From positions 1 to 45,673 of IMG/VR virus record IMGVR_UViG_3300033067_001965: a stretch of 45,673 nt of DNA. The stretch is one strand, 5' to 3'. The first letter of the stretch is position 1. Every line of letters begins with the position of its first letter. Shown one piece after another: positions 1-8,245 of this stretch. Below the pieces are notes generated by a model, which saw only the letters and a list, made by a program, of their open reading frames with translations, ran no database searches and was not told the DNA's origin. A program made the position numbers and the translations under genes. Source of the stretch: a virus. Lineage: Duplodnaviria > Caudoviricetes.

Positions 1-69
1 ATTGACCGCATCCGTGAGGCTGGCTACGAAAAGGAAGCCGACAGGCTCACCAAGATCCTTGGTATGTGA
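1..69 (+). CDS. 3' end of a gene truncated by the window edge
   Basis: Frame 1 reads IDRIREAGYEKEADRLTKILGM to a TGA at 67-69, followed by a palindrome copy as at other gene junctions. Confidence 0.6.
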   Translation: MDRIREAGYEKEADRLTKILGM

Positions 70-125
70 CCCGCTCCAGGCAGCGCCCGCGCGGGCGCTG
101 CCTTTCTCTAACGCAAGGTGAAACG

Positions 126-974
126 ATGCTCGACTTGTCGCACGCTCCGAAGGATGCCAGAATCCAATCGTCCGCCCTGGGCGGGTGGGCTGTCGTCAAC
201 GCGGATTGTCTCTCCGATCCCTCGAAACAGAACCTTGACTACCCCAGTGATGCGGACCTATTTTTCTCCGATCCGCCCTACAACTTCGGGCTGGATTACG
301 GAGACGAGTTTGACGATAGCGTCTCCCGCCACCTTTACCGGGGTTGGCTTGACCGATTGATTTTCGCGGGCGCGGCAAGGCTCATGCCGGGTGGCGCGTT
401 TTGGATCTTACTCCCGGCCGAACACGCCGCGCATGCATTCGTGTACCTGGAGAAAGCGGACTTACTCTTTCGTAACTGGGTGGTCTGGCACGAAACCTTT
501 GGCGTCCAGACTTCAAGGAAGTTCGCGCGGTGTTCCCGACACTTGCTCTACTTTGTCAAGCAACACCCGGCCAGCGCCCGCGCGGGCGCTGGCAAGGCTC
601 CGGCTGCCTACTTTGACCCGACACACATTAAGGTTCAGAGCGTTCGGCAGATGATCGGAGACAAGCGGGCGAAACCGGGCGGCAAGATCCCTGGGGACGT
701 GTGGGAGATTCCCAGGGTGGCCGGTACGCACGCGGAGCGCTGCAAGGAAGTTCCGACGCAACTTCCGGAGGAGCTTTTGCGGCGGGTGGTCTTGTCCACA
801 TGCCCGCCCGCCGGGAAGGTTCTTGAGTTCTGCGCGGGTAGCGGGAGCCTGGGGCGGGTGTGTGTGGAGAACGGCCGCGCCTACGAAGGGTGGGAGATCT
901 CGCCGGTGTTTGCGGACGTTGCCGCGCGCCGAATCCGTGAACGCGAAATGGAACTTTTTGAGGGGAAGAAATGA
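126..974 (+). CDS. DNA N4-cytosine/N6-adenine methyltransferase (beta class)
   Basis: Catalytic SDPPY motif near the N-terminus and SAM-binding VLEFCAGSGS near the C-terminus. The ATG at 126 follows the recurrent AACGCAAGGTG RBS motif. Confidence 0.92.
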   Translation: MLDLSHAPKDARIQSSALGGWAVVNADCLSDPSKQNLDYPSDADLFFSDPPYNFGLDYGDEFDDSVSRHLYRGWLDRLIFAGAARLMPGGAFWILLPAEHAAHAFVYLEKADLLFRNWVVWHETFGVQTSRKFARCSRHLLYFVKQHPASARAGAGKAPAAYFDPTHIKVQSVRQMIGDKRAKPGGKIPGDVWEIPRVAGTHAERCKEVPTQLPEELLRRVVLSTCPPAGKVLEFCAGSGSLGRVCVENGRAYEGWEISPVFADVAARRIREREMELFEGKK

Positions 975-1477
975 AGTGCCAATTTATCGGCTGCGGTGCG
1001 ACCTGGAAGCGGGAGCGCGGCAAGGGCAAGGGGTCAAGGTACTGTGCGGCGCACTTCGGTTGCCGGAGGAACCCAAGCACAAAGATCCCTCCGGAGGTTC
1101 GTGAGGCGCAGTCGCTTTGCGAGTGTGGCAAGCCGCTTTACTTGCTCAAGAACGGCCGCAAGAGCAAGCGTTGTAAGGATTGCAACGGGGCGCTCAAGAG
1201 CTATGCGGTTTCCCGAATCTCCGCCAAGAGAAAGGGGGAGTGCCTGTACGGTTGCTGCCCCCTCGATGCCGTCATGATGCCCTGGAGCAAGCGGGCGGTG
1301 TACTGCGCCGAACACGCCACGAAGTATTACGAACTACGCAAGCGATACAGGGCTGGCAAGCCCCCAGGCAAGCGCGGCCCGAAGAAACGCGCTGCGGTTG
1401 GTGAAGCCGTGACGGACCATCCGCCGGGAGATCTCGGACAAGTCAGCGGGCCTGAACTCCACGAAGACTCGGCTTGA
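971..1477 (+). CDS. Cys/His-rich basic protein, probably zinc-binding
   Basis: Multiple CxxxxC, CxC, CxxC and YCAxH motifs. ATGA coupling to the methyltransferase stop. Confidence 0.7.
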   Translation: MKCQFIGCGATWKRERGKGKGSRYCAAHFGCRRNPSTKIPPEVREAQSLCECGKPLYLLKNGRKSKRCKDCNGALKSYAVSRISAKRKGECLYGCCPLDAVMMPWSKRAVYCAEHATKYYELRKRYRAGKPPGKRGPKKRAAVGEAVTDHPPGDLGQVSGPELHEDSA

Positions 1478-1648
1478 GTTGAGCGCCCGCGCGGGCGCTT
1501 CCAACCCCGGTGGCATGGCCCGCACACAGTCCATTATTGTTGTTCGGTAACTCTGCCCTGGGATCTCGGACGCTGCCGTGAGCATCGCGCGGAGATCCTG
1601 GGAGACGTGAAGAATAACGCCAACTTCGCCGTTTGGTCTGGGTCTCAT
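1334..1648 (-). CDS. Tandem ribbon-helix-helix (Arc/CopG-like) DNA-binding protein
   Basis: Two RHH-like units: VILHVSQDLRAML...SYRTTIMDCV and VFVEFRPADLSEISRRM...TNRSAFLRAAL. It has its own upstream promoter. Confidence 0.6.
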   Translation of the reverse strand: MRPRPNGEVGVILHVSQDLRAMLTAASEIPGQSYRTTIMDCVRAMPPGLEAPARALNSSRVFVEFRPADLSEISRRMVRHGFTNRSAFLRAALAWGLASPVSLA

Positions 1649-1670
1649 AAAGCCTCATTCGGGCCTTGAA

Positions 1671-1716
1671 ATTGTAGGGAATTGGGCTTGACCCGTCAAC
1701 GGGGATTCTGTAATAT
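1671..1716. promoter_or_regulatory. Overlapping divergent sigma70-type promoters
   Basis: Plus strand TTGACC(1688)-17 nt-TAATAT(1711). Minus strand TTGACG(1699)-17 nt-TACAAT(1676). The two -35 boxes form the inverted repeat TTGACccGTCAA. Confidence 0.7.
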
Positions 1717-1757
1717 AGGGAGCGTACCAATCAATGCTCCAGGGGACAGGGGGACTT

Positions 1758-1991
1758 ATGAGAATTGACCAATCGGCGTTCGTCGGCATGGCATCGTCCC
1801 GCCCGTCTGGGACAACGTTCTTTCGCTCCGGCGAAGCCGCCACACTCTACATGCGTGTTGAGCCTGGGGCGGGCGAGTTCACGATTCCGGTCGGATCGGT
1901 GGCAGCCGTCAACGTCAACACCGGAGCCGTGACGGTGTTCGCGGACACAGCGGTTACCTTCCGAGAATTCCAGGCGGTTCCGGTCGGTTGA
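1758..1991 (+). CDS. Hypothetical protein
   Basis: ORF with a G-rich RBS downstream of the rightward promoter. Confidence 0.6.
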   Translation: MRIDQSAFVGMASSRPSGTTFFRSGEAATLYMRVEPGAGEFTIPVGSVAAVNVNTGAVTVFADTAVTFREFQAVPVG

Positions 1992-1998
1992 CGGGCAT

Positions 1999-2075
1999 TC
2001 TGCCGTAGCTCAGTGGAAACGAGCGCCACAGACTCAGCACTGTGGAGGGCGTTGGTTCGATCCCAACCGGCAGAA
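1999..2075 (+). tRNA. tRNA-like gene with an aberrant anticodon arm, isotype undetermined
   Basis: Acceptor TCTGCCG/CGGCAGA, T8A9, D-arm GCTC-AGTGGAAAC-GAGC, T-arm GTTGG-TTCGATC-CCAAC. The anticodon arm has a 6-bp stem CCACAG/CTGTGG and an 8-nt loop ACTCAGCA. No encoded CCA. Confidence 0.7.
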
Positions 2076-2187
2076 CTGGCCAAAGGCGAATGACTCGCCA
2101 ATGCGTTCCCGATTGCCGGAACCCCGGATGATCGGTCGGGATTCGCTGGCCTTTCCCGGCCCCGCCCGTTGCGGGTTACCGGGATTA

Positions 2188-2229
2188 TTGGGTGATTGGC
2201 CCAGGCTGGTTCGACTCCAGCCCACCCAA
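2188..2229 (+). ncRNA. tRNA minihelix-like element (acceptor stem plus T-arm only)
   Basis: TTGGGTG/CACCCAA stem enclosing GCTGG-TTCGACT-CCAGC. Only about 10 nt lie where the D and anticodon arms would be. Confidence 0.5.
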
Positions 2230-2299
2230 CTGGCGAGCGCCCGCGCGGGCGCGGCGTGAGAGGTCTAACCCGTTTCCGTCCTTGACGGGCGGGCGCTCG

Positions 2300-2535
2300 C
2301 CACCCGGACTATCAAACTAGCTGTTGTGCGGCGTTACGCCGCGCTTGCCAATGCCCTCCACTGCCAACAACGGTAGCGCATGTTCGGGCGGTCAGTTGAC
2401 TGGCCTCCCGAACTGGCGAGTTAGGTAAGTAGTTACCGGGTCTCGTCACGATGGCGAAACGCCAAGTGACGAACAATCCCGCGTGCCTTACGGTTCTCCA
2501 CTGCCGCAAGGTTTAACCGGGATTTTTTTTTCTTC
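2300..2535 (+). ncRNA. Candidate structured non-coding RNA
   Basis: Dense hairpins: GCGGCG-tta-CGCCGC, GTTCGGG...CCCGAAC, TCGTCAC..TGGC-GAAA-GCCA..GTGACGA style GNRA loop and CC-GCAA-GG. The region ends in a T run and has no convincing ORF. Confidence 0.45.
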
Positions 2536-2552
2536 CTCACACTGGTGTATCA

Positions 2553-2918
2553 ATGATCCGACTGCTTGCGATCCTGTCTTTCGTCGTCTCCCTGGGTGTG
2601 CTGGCTTCGGCGCAGCCACCGCCCGTTCCGACCGAATGCACTCCGCTTCTGGTGACCAACCCCAAGAACGGGGATACGGTCTCGGGTACTGACTTCAAGG
2701 CTTCCGGGGTTTACGATCCCGCGACGATCAAGGAGAAGATTTTCGTTGTCGTCTTTGACGACAAGAAAAACGTCATCCTGGAGGAAGAGACCGTCAAAGA
2801 CCCCGAGACGGGTACATGGTCGTATCAGGGGAAGGGGTCAATCGGAACCGGGAAATCCGTCGTCAAGGCTTGGCAACGGATGGTGATTTCCCCAGCCGTG
2901 TCCATCACCCTGGAGTGA
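2553..2918 (+). CDS. Exported protein, Ig-like beta-sandwich
   Basis: Signal peptide ending ASA-Q and a beta-rich pattern (VTNPKNGDTV...GTWSY). Confidence 0.7.
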   Translation: MIRLLAILSFVVSLGVLASAQPPPVPTECTPLLVTNPKNGDTVSGTDFKASGVYDPATIKEKIFVVVFDDKKNVILEEETVKDPETGTWSYQGKGSIGTGKSVVKAWQRMVISPAVSITLE

Positions 2919-2926
2919 TTCATTTC

Positions 2927-3027
2927 GGCAGGACAGGTAACACTGTAGGCGGAAGTAATGAACCCGCTAAGCAGTGGTAGCGTGTCTCATTAGCTCGCTA
3001 CTGGCGGTTCAACTCCGCCCCCTGCCA
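2927..3027 (+). ncRNA. tRNA-like element with a non-canonical body
   Basis: Acceptor GGCAGG/CCTGCC-A and T-arm GGCGG-TTCAACT-CCGCC. Internal helices CACTG/CAGTG and GTAGCG/CGCTAC replace the D and anticodon arms. Confidence 0.5.
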
Positions 3028-3244
3028 TTGGGCTGGCCCCCCGTCCGCTCTCCCAGGCGGCAAAATGCCGGTTAAGGCGCGAGTACCGACAACGTGGCGT
3101 CAAACCGCGTCAGCAAAGCCGGAGTCTTTTCCCTTGCGCTCCGGTGCTTTGTGTTCCGGGTGGTGACGGATCTAAGGGGACAGTGCTAGCGCCCGCGCGG
3201 GCGCTGCCCCCATCACCATTACAATCCAACACAGGGGTTCGCCA

Positions 3245-3685
3245 ATGGCATCGTTCCCAGGGCAGGAGCAAATCGGCTTTGCTGAAGCGCTCAACGAGCA
3301 AGCTTTCCAGACACTTAGTTTCTTACTGTCGGAAGGCTGGAAGGTGATGCAAATTCCCAGTCAACAGCAATTCGCGCCCGGTACACCGGCCGGAGATCTT
3401 GAACAGCGCCTGCGCGATGTGATCGTAGCACAGAACCACACGATCACGGTACTTCGTGACGAGCTTAACGCGATCCGCCCGCGCCACGGTGACGCAATGG
3501 TTTCAGGGTGCGCCCCTGACTGTTGCTCGGAAGCGAAACCGGCTCCGACATCGAAGCGAGAAATCGCTCTCCTGGAGCTTGTCTCATCCCTGGCGAGCCG
3601 CATTGAGAAGCAACACCAGATTTTAGCGGCCCGCGCCGAGCGATCCGCGACGATCAAAGAAGGGGTATACGGTACTCACGTCTGA
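3245..3685 (+). CDS. Hypothetical coiled-coil protein
   Basis: 146-aa ORF flanked by palindrome copies. Confidence 0.65.
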   Translation: MASFPGQEQIGFAEALNEQAFQTLSFLLSEGWKVMQIPSQQQFAPGTPAGDLEQRLRDVIVAQNHTITVLRDELNAIRPRHGDAMVSGCAPDCCSEAKPAPTSKREIALLELVSSLASRIEKQHQILAARAERSATIKEGVYGTHV

Positions 3686-3734
3686 GCTTGCGACCTTCCG
3701 CGCCCGCGCGGGCGCGGGACACTTCCAGGACTAT

Positions 3735-3828
3735 TTCCAAAAAACTTTCCAAATCGCATTGACGCCCGGAATGCCGGGTGTATCATTACGTTGTCGAGCC
3801 AACCCAACCCCAAACGCAAGGTGCAAAG
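3735..3828 (+). promoter_or_regulatory. Early promoter/RBS cassette, copy A
   Basis: A-tract, TTGACG(3759)-16 nt-TATCAT(3781), then AACCCCAAACGCAAGGTG before the ATG. Close copy at 45370-45461. Confidence 0.8.
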
Positions 3829-3960
3829 ATGTTCGCGGCAATCATGTTCACGATCTCAACGACAGGCTTCCTGATTTGCGGCCAGTTCTGGACGGCTGCA
3901 ATCATGGCGAACGCGGCGGTTATCGCCTGGGGAAATGTCGAAACCAAGCGAACCAAGTGA
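3829..3960 (+). CDS. Small membrane protein
   Basis: 43 aa with two hydrophobic stretches, directly after the cassette RBS. Confidence 0.55.
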   Translation: MFAAIMFTISTTGFLICGQFWTAAIMANAAVIAWGNVETKRTK

Positions 3961-3992
3961 CCAATTATTAACCATCTAACGCAAGGTGCCTC

Positions 3993-4694
3993 ATGTCCCG
4001 TAACCTCCAAGCCCACTGGTTGACCTACGACATTCCGCAGCGTAGCGGAATCCGGAACCCGTCGCGGTTCCTGCGCCGCCGAGCGTTCCGCCCGAATAAA
4101 AGCGTGTGGGTGGTATGCAAGGCAGATATCCCCTACAACCTGATTGCGGAGATGAAAGAAAAAGGCGCGAGTGTGTATTGTATCGAATTTGCCGCCCACG
4201 AAAATGACAACCTTGTCGCGCTGGCCATCGCGAGCGTCAAGCGTGACATCATGGAAAAGATCGCGGCCACCCGCCGGATCGTAGCCCAGGCGCAGCGCCG
4301 TGAGCGGGAAGCGATGGACAACGTAGAGTTGAGCGGGGATGAGCGCCGGGAACTGGTAGACTCGCTCCGCGCCCGTGCCAGGACGCAAATTCGCTCCGCG
4401 CGGGCGCTCATGAAAGATCTCCGCGAGTGCTGCGAACGGTTCGGGGTGAGCGAATCGGCGGTTGATCTCGGCGGAGCGCTGGGAGCCGTCAACGCAATCC
4501 AGGAGACGATTGCGGTTAGGGCGCGGGCGGTGCGGAAGGCTGTCGCCAAGATCAAAGAAACCCGCCAGGGAAGCCAGGATGACGCGATCATGGCAGCCCT
4601 GATGTCGGACGCCATGCCCCAGGACATCGCGGCCGATTACCTGGAGGACACGGGGCGCGATGCCTCAGAGCTTCGGGAAGCGTTCGGAAAGTGA
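3993..4694 (+). CDS. Hypothetical protein with an alpha/beta N-terminus and helical C-terminus
   Basis: 233-aa ORF preceded by AACGCAAGGTG. Confidence 0.75.
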   Translation: MSRNLQAHWLTYDIPQRSGIRNPSRFLRRRAFRPNKSVWVVCKADIPYNLIAEMKEKGASVYCIEFAAHENDNLVALAIASVKRDIMEKIAATRRIVAQAQRREREAMDNVELSGDERRELVDSLRARARTQIRSARALMKDLRECCERFGVSESAVDLGGALGAVNAIQETIAVRARAVRKAVAKIKETRQGSQDDAIMAALMSDAMPQDIAADYLEDTGRDASELREAFGK

Positions 4695-4749
4695 TTTCAA
4701 GAAAACTACGGAGAGGACGGATCAAGAACACGCGATGACCGGTAAAGAC

Positions 4750-4779
4750 AAAGCCCCCTGGAGATCTCCAGGGGGCTTT
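4750..4779. terminator. Bidirectional intrinsic terminator
   Basis: Perfect 30-bp palindrome AAAGCCCCCTGGAGATCTCCAGGGGGCTTT between convergent transcription units. Confidence 0.8.
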
Positions 4780-4797
4780 CTGTTGGCGGTGGCGATG

Positions 4798-5445
4798 TCA
4801 CCCAGCGAACAACGTCGGGCCGCTGGGAGTGTGCGCGACGATCACAAACGCACCGCCTGCGGGAAGCACATCGAAGGACACGGGAACCTCATCCCCGAAC
4901 AGTGCAATGATTGACAGAATGAACTTCACAATCTCTTCCTTGTGATCCCACATCCATTTTAAGAAGTCCTGGAACGCACCACCGACCGGCGCGCCCAGGG
5001 ACTTTGCACCGCCGAAGATTGTATCATCCGAGATCCGGGAGACAAGCTCCTTTGCCTGGGAGCGGGTCACCTTGACAACCTTACCATCCGGCCGCTTGAT
5101 CCCGTCGCGGACTAGACGCCACTCCGCAGCCGAGCGCATCGAGTCAAGGATAATTGCCCTCCGGAGATTGCCGATCCCGAAGCCGACAACTTCCGCCCCG
5201 TCAACGCTCTTGGGTGCGGCAACCGGCGCGGCAGCCGCCTGGGGCTGGATGACGTAAGCCGATCCGTTCCAGACGCCAACCTTGCCATCCGAGAACGTGT
5301 GAACGTTCCCAAGCGGGCCAGCCTGCGCGGTCTGGGGCTGGAGGAAGCACCGACCGTTGACGCATACCGTCCCCTGGGCACTGGCTTCCGCTCCAAGTGC
5401 CAGGAGAGCGATAGCGGCCACCAGCTTTGTGAATTGATCAATCAT
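4798..5445 (-). CDS. Exported or membrane-associated protein
   Basis: Signal peptide, CVNGRC motif and an amphipathic helix near the C-terminus. Confidence 0.75.
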   Translation of the reverse strand: MIDQFTKLVAAIALLALGAEASAQGTVCVNGRCFLQPQTAQAGPLGNVHTFSDGKVGVWNGSAYVIQPQAAAAPVAAPKSVDGAEVVGFGIGNLRRAIILDSMRSAAEWRLVRDGIKRPDGKVVKVTRSQAKELVSRISDDTIFGGAKSLGAPVGGAFQDFLKWMWDHKEEIVKFILSIIALFGDEVPVSFDVLPAGGAFVIVAHTPSGPTLFAG

Positions 5446-5513
5446 GAATCGGACTCCATTCTAACACTGGAAAGAAGGTGGCAGCGCCCGCGCGGGCGCT
5501 GCCAATCTATCGG

Positions 5514-5993
5514 TCAAGACCAATTCAGCTTTTTAGGCTGGGCAGCTTTGGCCTTTTTTGTTGCTCTCTCAACAGCAATGTCGATCTCATCTCCAGTCGA
5601 TGACTCGTGACACGGGATAGCGGTTTCGGCGTACATGCGGCCACCGACCGGGTAGAACACAACGGCCGTACCGGTCTTGTAGTCTCCAAGCTCCGCCACG
5701 GATAGCTCGTGTGCGCCGACTGTCCGCTTGACGGCTGGACATCCGACGTAGACCACAACGGGCTTCCCGTCCCGCAAGCTCTCGTCTCTGGCCTGTGCCC
5801 AGTCGGTCACCAGAGTTCTCGGGGCGGGAGCCTTGGCGACTTGTACGGCAAACGGAGTGGACAGGACTTTCGCCTTTGACAAGGCTAGGGCCACTTTCAC
5901 CTTTTCAGATTCGGTGGCCCCGCTGTGGTCTGGAACCTGCGCGAAGACCGTAGCACAGGTAAAGGACATGAAAGCGCAGACAAGCCGCAACAT
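5514..5993 (-). CDS. Exported protein, possibly a degenerate thioredoxin-like fold
   Basis: Signal peptide. DWAQARDESLRDGKPVVVYVG resembles the start of a thioredoxin-like domain but lacks CxxC. Confidence 0.6.
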   Translation of the reverse strand: MLRLVCAFMSFTCATVFAQVPDHSGATESEKVKVALALSKAKVLSTPFAVQVAKAPAPRTLVTDWAQARDESLRDGKPVVVYVGCPAVKRTVGAHELSVAELGDYKTGTAVVFYPVGGRMYAETAIPCHESSTGDEIDIAVERATKKAKAAQPKKLNWS

Positions 5994-6026
5994 TGCAAGC
6001 CCTCTATTGGGTTCTGGGCGATGGTT

Positions 6027-7187
6027 TCAGGGAGCAAGGGCATTGTAGTTACTTCTGTCCACTATTGCCAGCCTTGAATCATTAATTCCGAACCTCTTTT
6101 GAGGCTCCGCCATGGCCCAGTCAAGCGGCTTTCGCTCGAAACCCCCGATGCCATCGAACACCCAGGAATCACCCGCGTCAAGGATGCGTTGCATGGTCTG
6201 TTCAACGCACCAGAATGATCCTGAGGGCGGGTCTCCGGCTCCCTTCGGGCCACCTACCCAGTTCTCACCCCAGGAGTTCATAATACAAAACAGGTAGCCG
6301 CGCGTCGGGTGTTTCGCGTAGCCGATCAAGTGCATTTGGTGCGCCCACGTTCCTGACGCCCGCAAACACCCGTCTTGATCTCGGACGTATGGCCCGCGAT
6401 TCCCAAACCCGACGTTGCTTGCGATGGTGACGGAGAAGCCGTTAGCCAGGGCGCGGCGAACGTCTTCGGTTGTCCGGACCAGAGTCACGGAATTGGTCTT
6501 GTGCTTGGCGCACTCTTCCTTGATGTCTGCCGGAACCCCGGAGTCGCCCATTCGTCGGCATGTGGCTTGACTGTAGCTCGACAGGTCTACCGTCGCGTAT
6601 TTCTGGCGCGGCGCGAAACCGTATTTCTGGGCGGCTTGCGCGACACTGGAGCCGGTCGCGCCGTCAGACCCGCGCAGGACTCCACCCAGGACATCGACGC
6701 GGGCCAGACCGTACAAAGGCTCCGTCGCAAGCTCCCAGTAGTCCGGCGCGGGCTTCATCGCCTTTTTCGCCGTTACAATCCGAACGCAAAGTTGAATTCG
6801 GCCAGCCCCGACGCCACCGAAAGCCGTACACGATCCGACCGAACCTTGATCAAGCGTCGGCAGGTAGGAGCCAGTTGCCGCCTTGCAAATCTCCCACTGG
6901 AAAATCTTGTCGGGAAGGTTCGCATCGGCACCGGCCGGAGGCTGGGCGAATGTTGGGAACTGGAGGGTGGCGGCAAACTTGCGCACTTCCTCCGGCCGGT
7001 CTTCCCACCCCATCGGGCCAGGCGCGGCCGGTTGTGACTCAATGACAGGCGGTGGCGGGATCGGCTTCCCGTCACGAAGCGCGACGTACACGGTAACCGC
7101 CCACCCCGAGAGCGTCACCATTAGCGCGATGTAGTGCCAGTTACGGGCCAGCCACCCGGCCGGTTGCGGCGTCGGTGTCGGTTCCAT
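6027..7187 (-). CDS. Membrane-anchored papain-family (C1) cysteine peptidase
   Basis: DQGSVGSCTAF (Gln/Cys), AHQMHLIGY (His), MNSWGENW (Asn), and an N-terminal TM helix. Confidence 0.9.
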   Translation of the reverse strand: MEPTPTPQPAGWLARNWHYIALMVTLSGWAVTVYVALRDGKPIPPPPVIESQPAAPGPMGWEDRPEEVRKFAATLQFPTFAQPPAGADANLPDKIFQWEICKAATGSYLPTLDQGSVGSCTAFGGVGAGRIQLCVRIVTAKKAMKPAPDYWELATEPLYGLARVDVLGGVLRGSDGATGSSVAQAAQKYGFAPRQKYATVDLSSYSQATCRRMGDSGVPADIKEECAKHKTNSVTLVRTTEDVRRALANGFSVTIASNVGFGNRGPYVRDQDGCLRASGTWAHQMHLIGYAKHPTRGYLFCIMNSWGENWVGGPKGAGDPPSGSFWCVEQTMQRILDAGDSWVFDGIGGFERKPLDWAMAEPQKRFGINDSRLAIVDRSNYNALAP

Positions 7188-7245
7188 TCTCCCCCTCCGA
7201 AGGTTTTACGTTGGTTAGAAGTCGCGCCCGCGCGGGCGCGACTGG

Positions 7246-7938
7246 TCACTTACCGGCCGCGAGCGTCACGGCATCGGCAACGCGAACGTAGGCAAGGGCA
7301 ATCTTGGTGCGAACGTCATCGGTTAGAACGTCCGCCTCCTCATCGACGATGGCCGCAATCTCTTTCGCGATCCGGGTACGGGTGGCCTGGAGCCTCACGG
7401 TTCCGTCTGGGGACTTTAGCAGACTGTCGCGCGTCTTGATGTAAACGTCGTTTAACTGTTTTGCAGTGACGTAAGCCGTGTCCTTTGACTCATTGGCCAT
7501 CGTGTAGAGGAGCGTCCCAAGCTGCCGGATGTCCGTAGCGCTCGCCTTGTCCGCGAGCATTGCCGCTTTGAGATCCACAACAAGGGGGTTGATAACGGGC
7601 GGTTTCGGGTCGGGTGGCGTCGGCCCCGGCGCGGGGTCTCCTACGACGATCCGAAACAGGCGGAAGCTTTTTTCTCCCACGAAGGCGAGACGGTACTCCG
7701 CTGCCTTTGCTGCCGACAGGTTGACCGTTTTCCCGTCCGCACAGGAAGCCACGTCTAGACCGGAGTCGATGGCCACCCAACGACCGGGCGCGGGGGATTG
7801 AAGGGACAAGATGCGGCCAACCGGAGTCTTGAACTCCTTCCAGGTGACCGGAGCTTGCGGCGGAACCTCCGTGATGTCGTCTTCCCCGATGGAGAGGGGT
7901 ACAGCGAGCATCAAGAAGGCTACAGATAGGGATTGCAT
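7246..7938 (-). CDS. Exported protein with a Pro-rich linker
   Basis: Hydrophobic leader, beta domain, PAPGPTPPDPKPP linker and a helical C-terminal domain. Confidence 0.75.
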   Translation of the reverse strand: MQSLSVAFLMLAVPLSIGEDDITEVPPQAPVTWKEFKTPVGRILSLQSPAPGRWVAIDSGLDVASCADGKTVNLSAAKAAEYRLAFVGEKSFRLFRIVVGDPAPGPTPPDPKPPVINPLVVDLKAAMLADKASATDIRQLGTLLYTMANESKDTAYVTAKQLNDVYIKTRDSLLKSPDGTVRLQATRTRIAKEIAAIVDEEADVLTDDVRTKIALAYVRVADAVTLAAGK

Positions 7939-8000
7939 CGTCTTAGCTCCCTACGGGGTGAGTGTGAACATGTGTATTGTACTAGAAATCCCTGCAATTT

Positions 8001-8204
8001 CTAGCTCTGTTGCTCGGGAATCCATCCAGGACAACTGGGGCATGCGTGAAGTGTCAAGCTTGCGCCTGAGACGCCACATTGAAATTCTCGCCAGCCCTCA
8101 AAAAGCGGAAGGTCATCTTCCCCCGAGAGGGCATAGGGAACCGCGTCCCGGTTGTGGCACTCGGGGTTGTCGCAAGTGATGATCCTAACAAGCTTGTATG
8201 ACAT
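8001..8204 (-). CDS. Small Zn-ribbon-like protein
   Basis: CDNPEC...HACPSC motifs and a GAGG RBS. Confidence 0.6.
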   Translation of the reverse strand: MSYKLVRIITCDNPECHNRDAVPYALSGEDDLPLFEGWREFQCGVSGASLTLHACPSCPGWIPEQQS

Positions 8205-8245
8205 GCTAACCTCTGTTTGTGGATATCGCGCCCGCGCGGGCGCGA

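Noticed and set aside
66-125. Upstream starts given in the ORF track (also 9377, 10140, 32646, 35571, 35999, 37350 and 43080)
   Set aside because: They run through palindromes or neighbouring genes. Downstream starts with clear RBS or stop-start coupling fit better.
1999-2075. Opal suppressor or Sec tRNA (TCA in the loop) implying stop-codon recoding
   Set aside because: The loop geometry is non-canonical and there is no long variable arm. TGA terminates many well-defined genes here and genes are not fragmented under the standard code.
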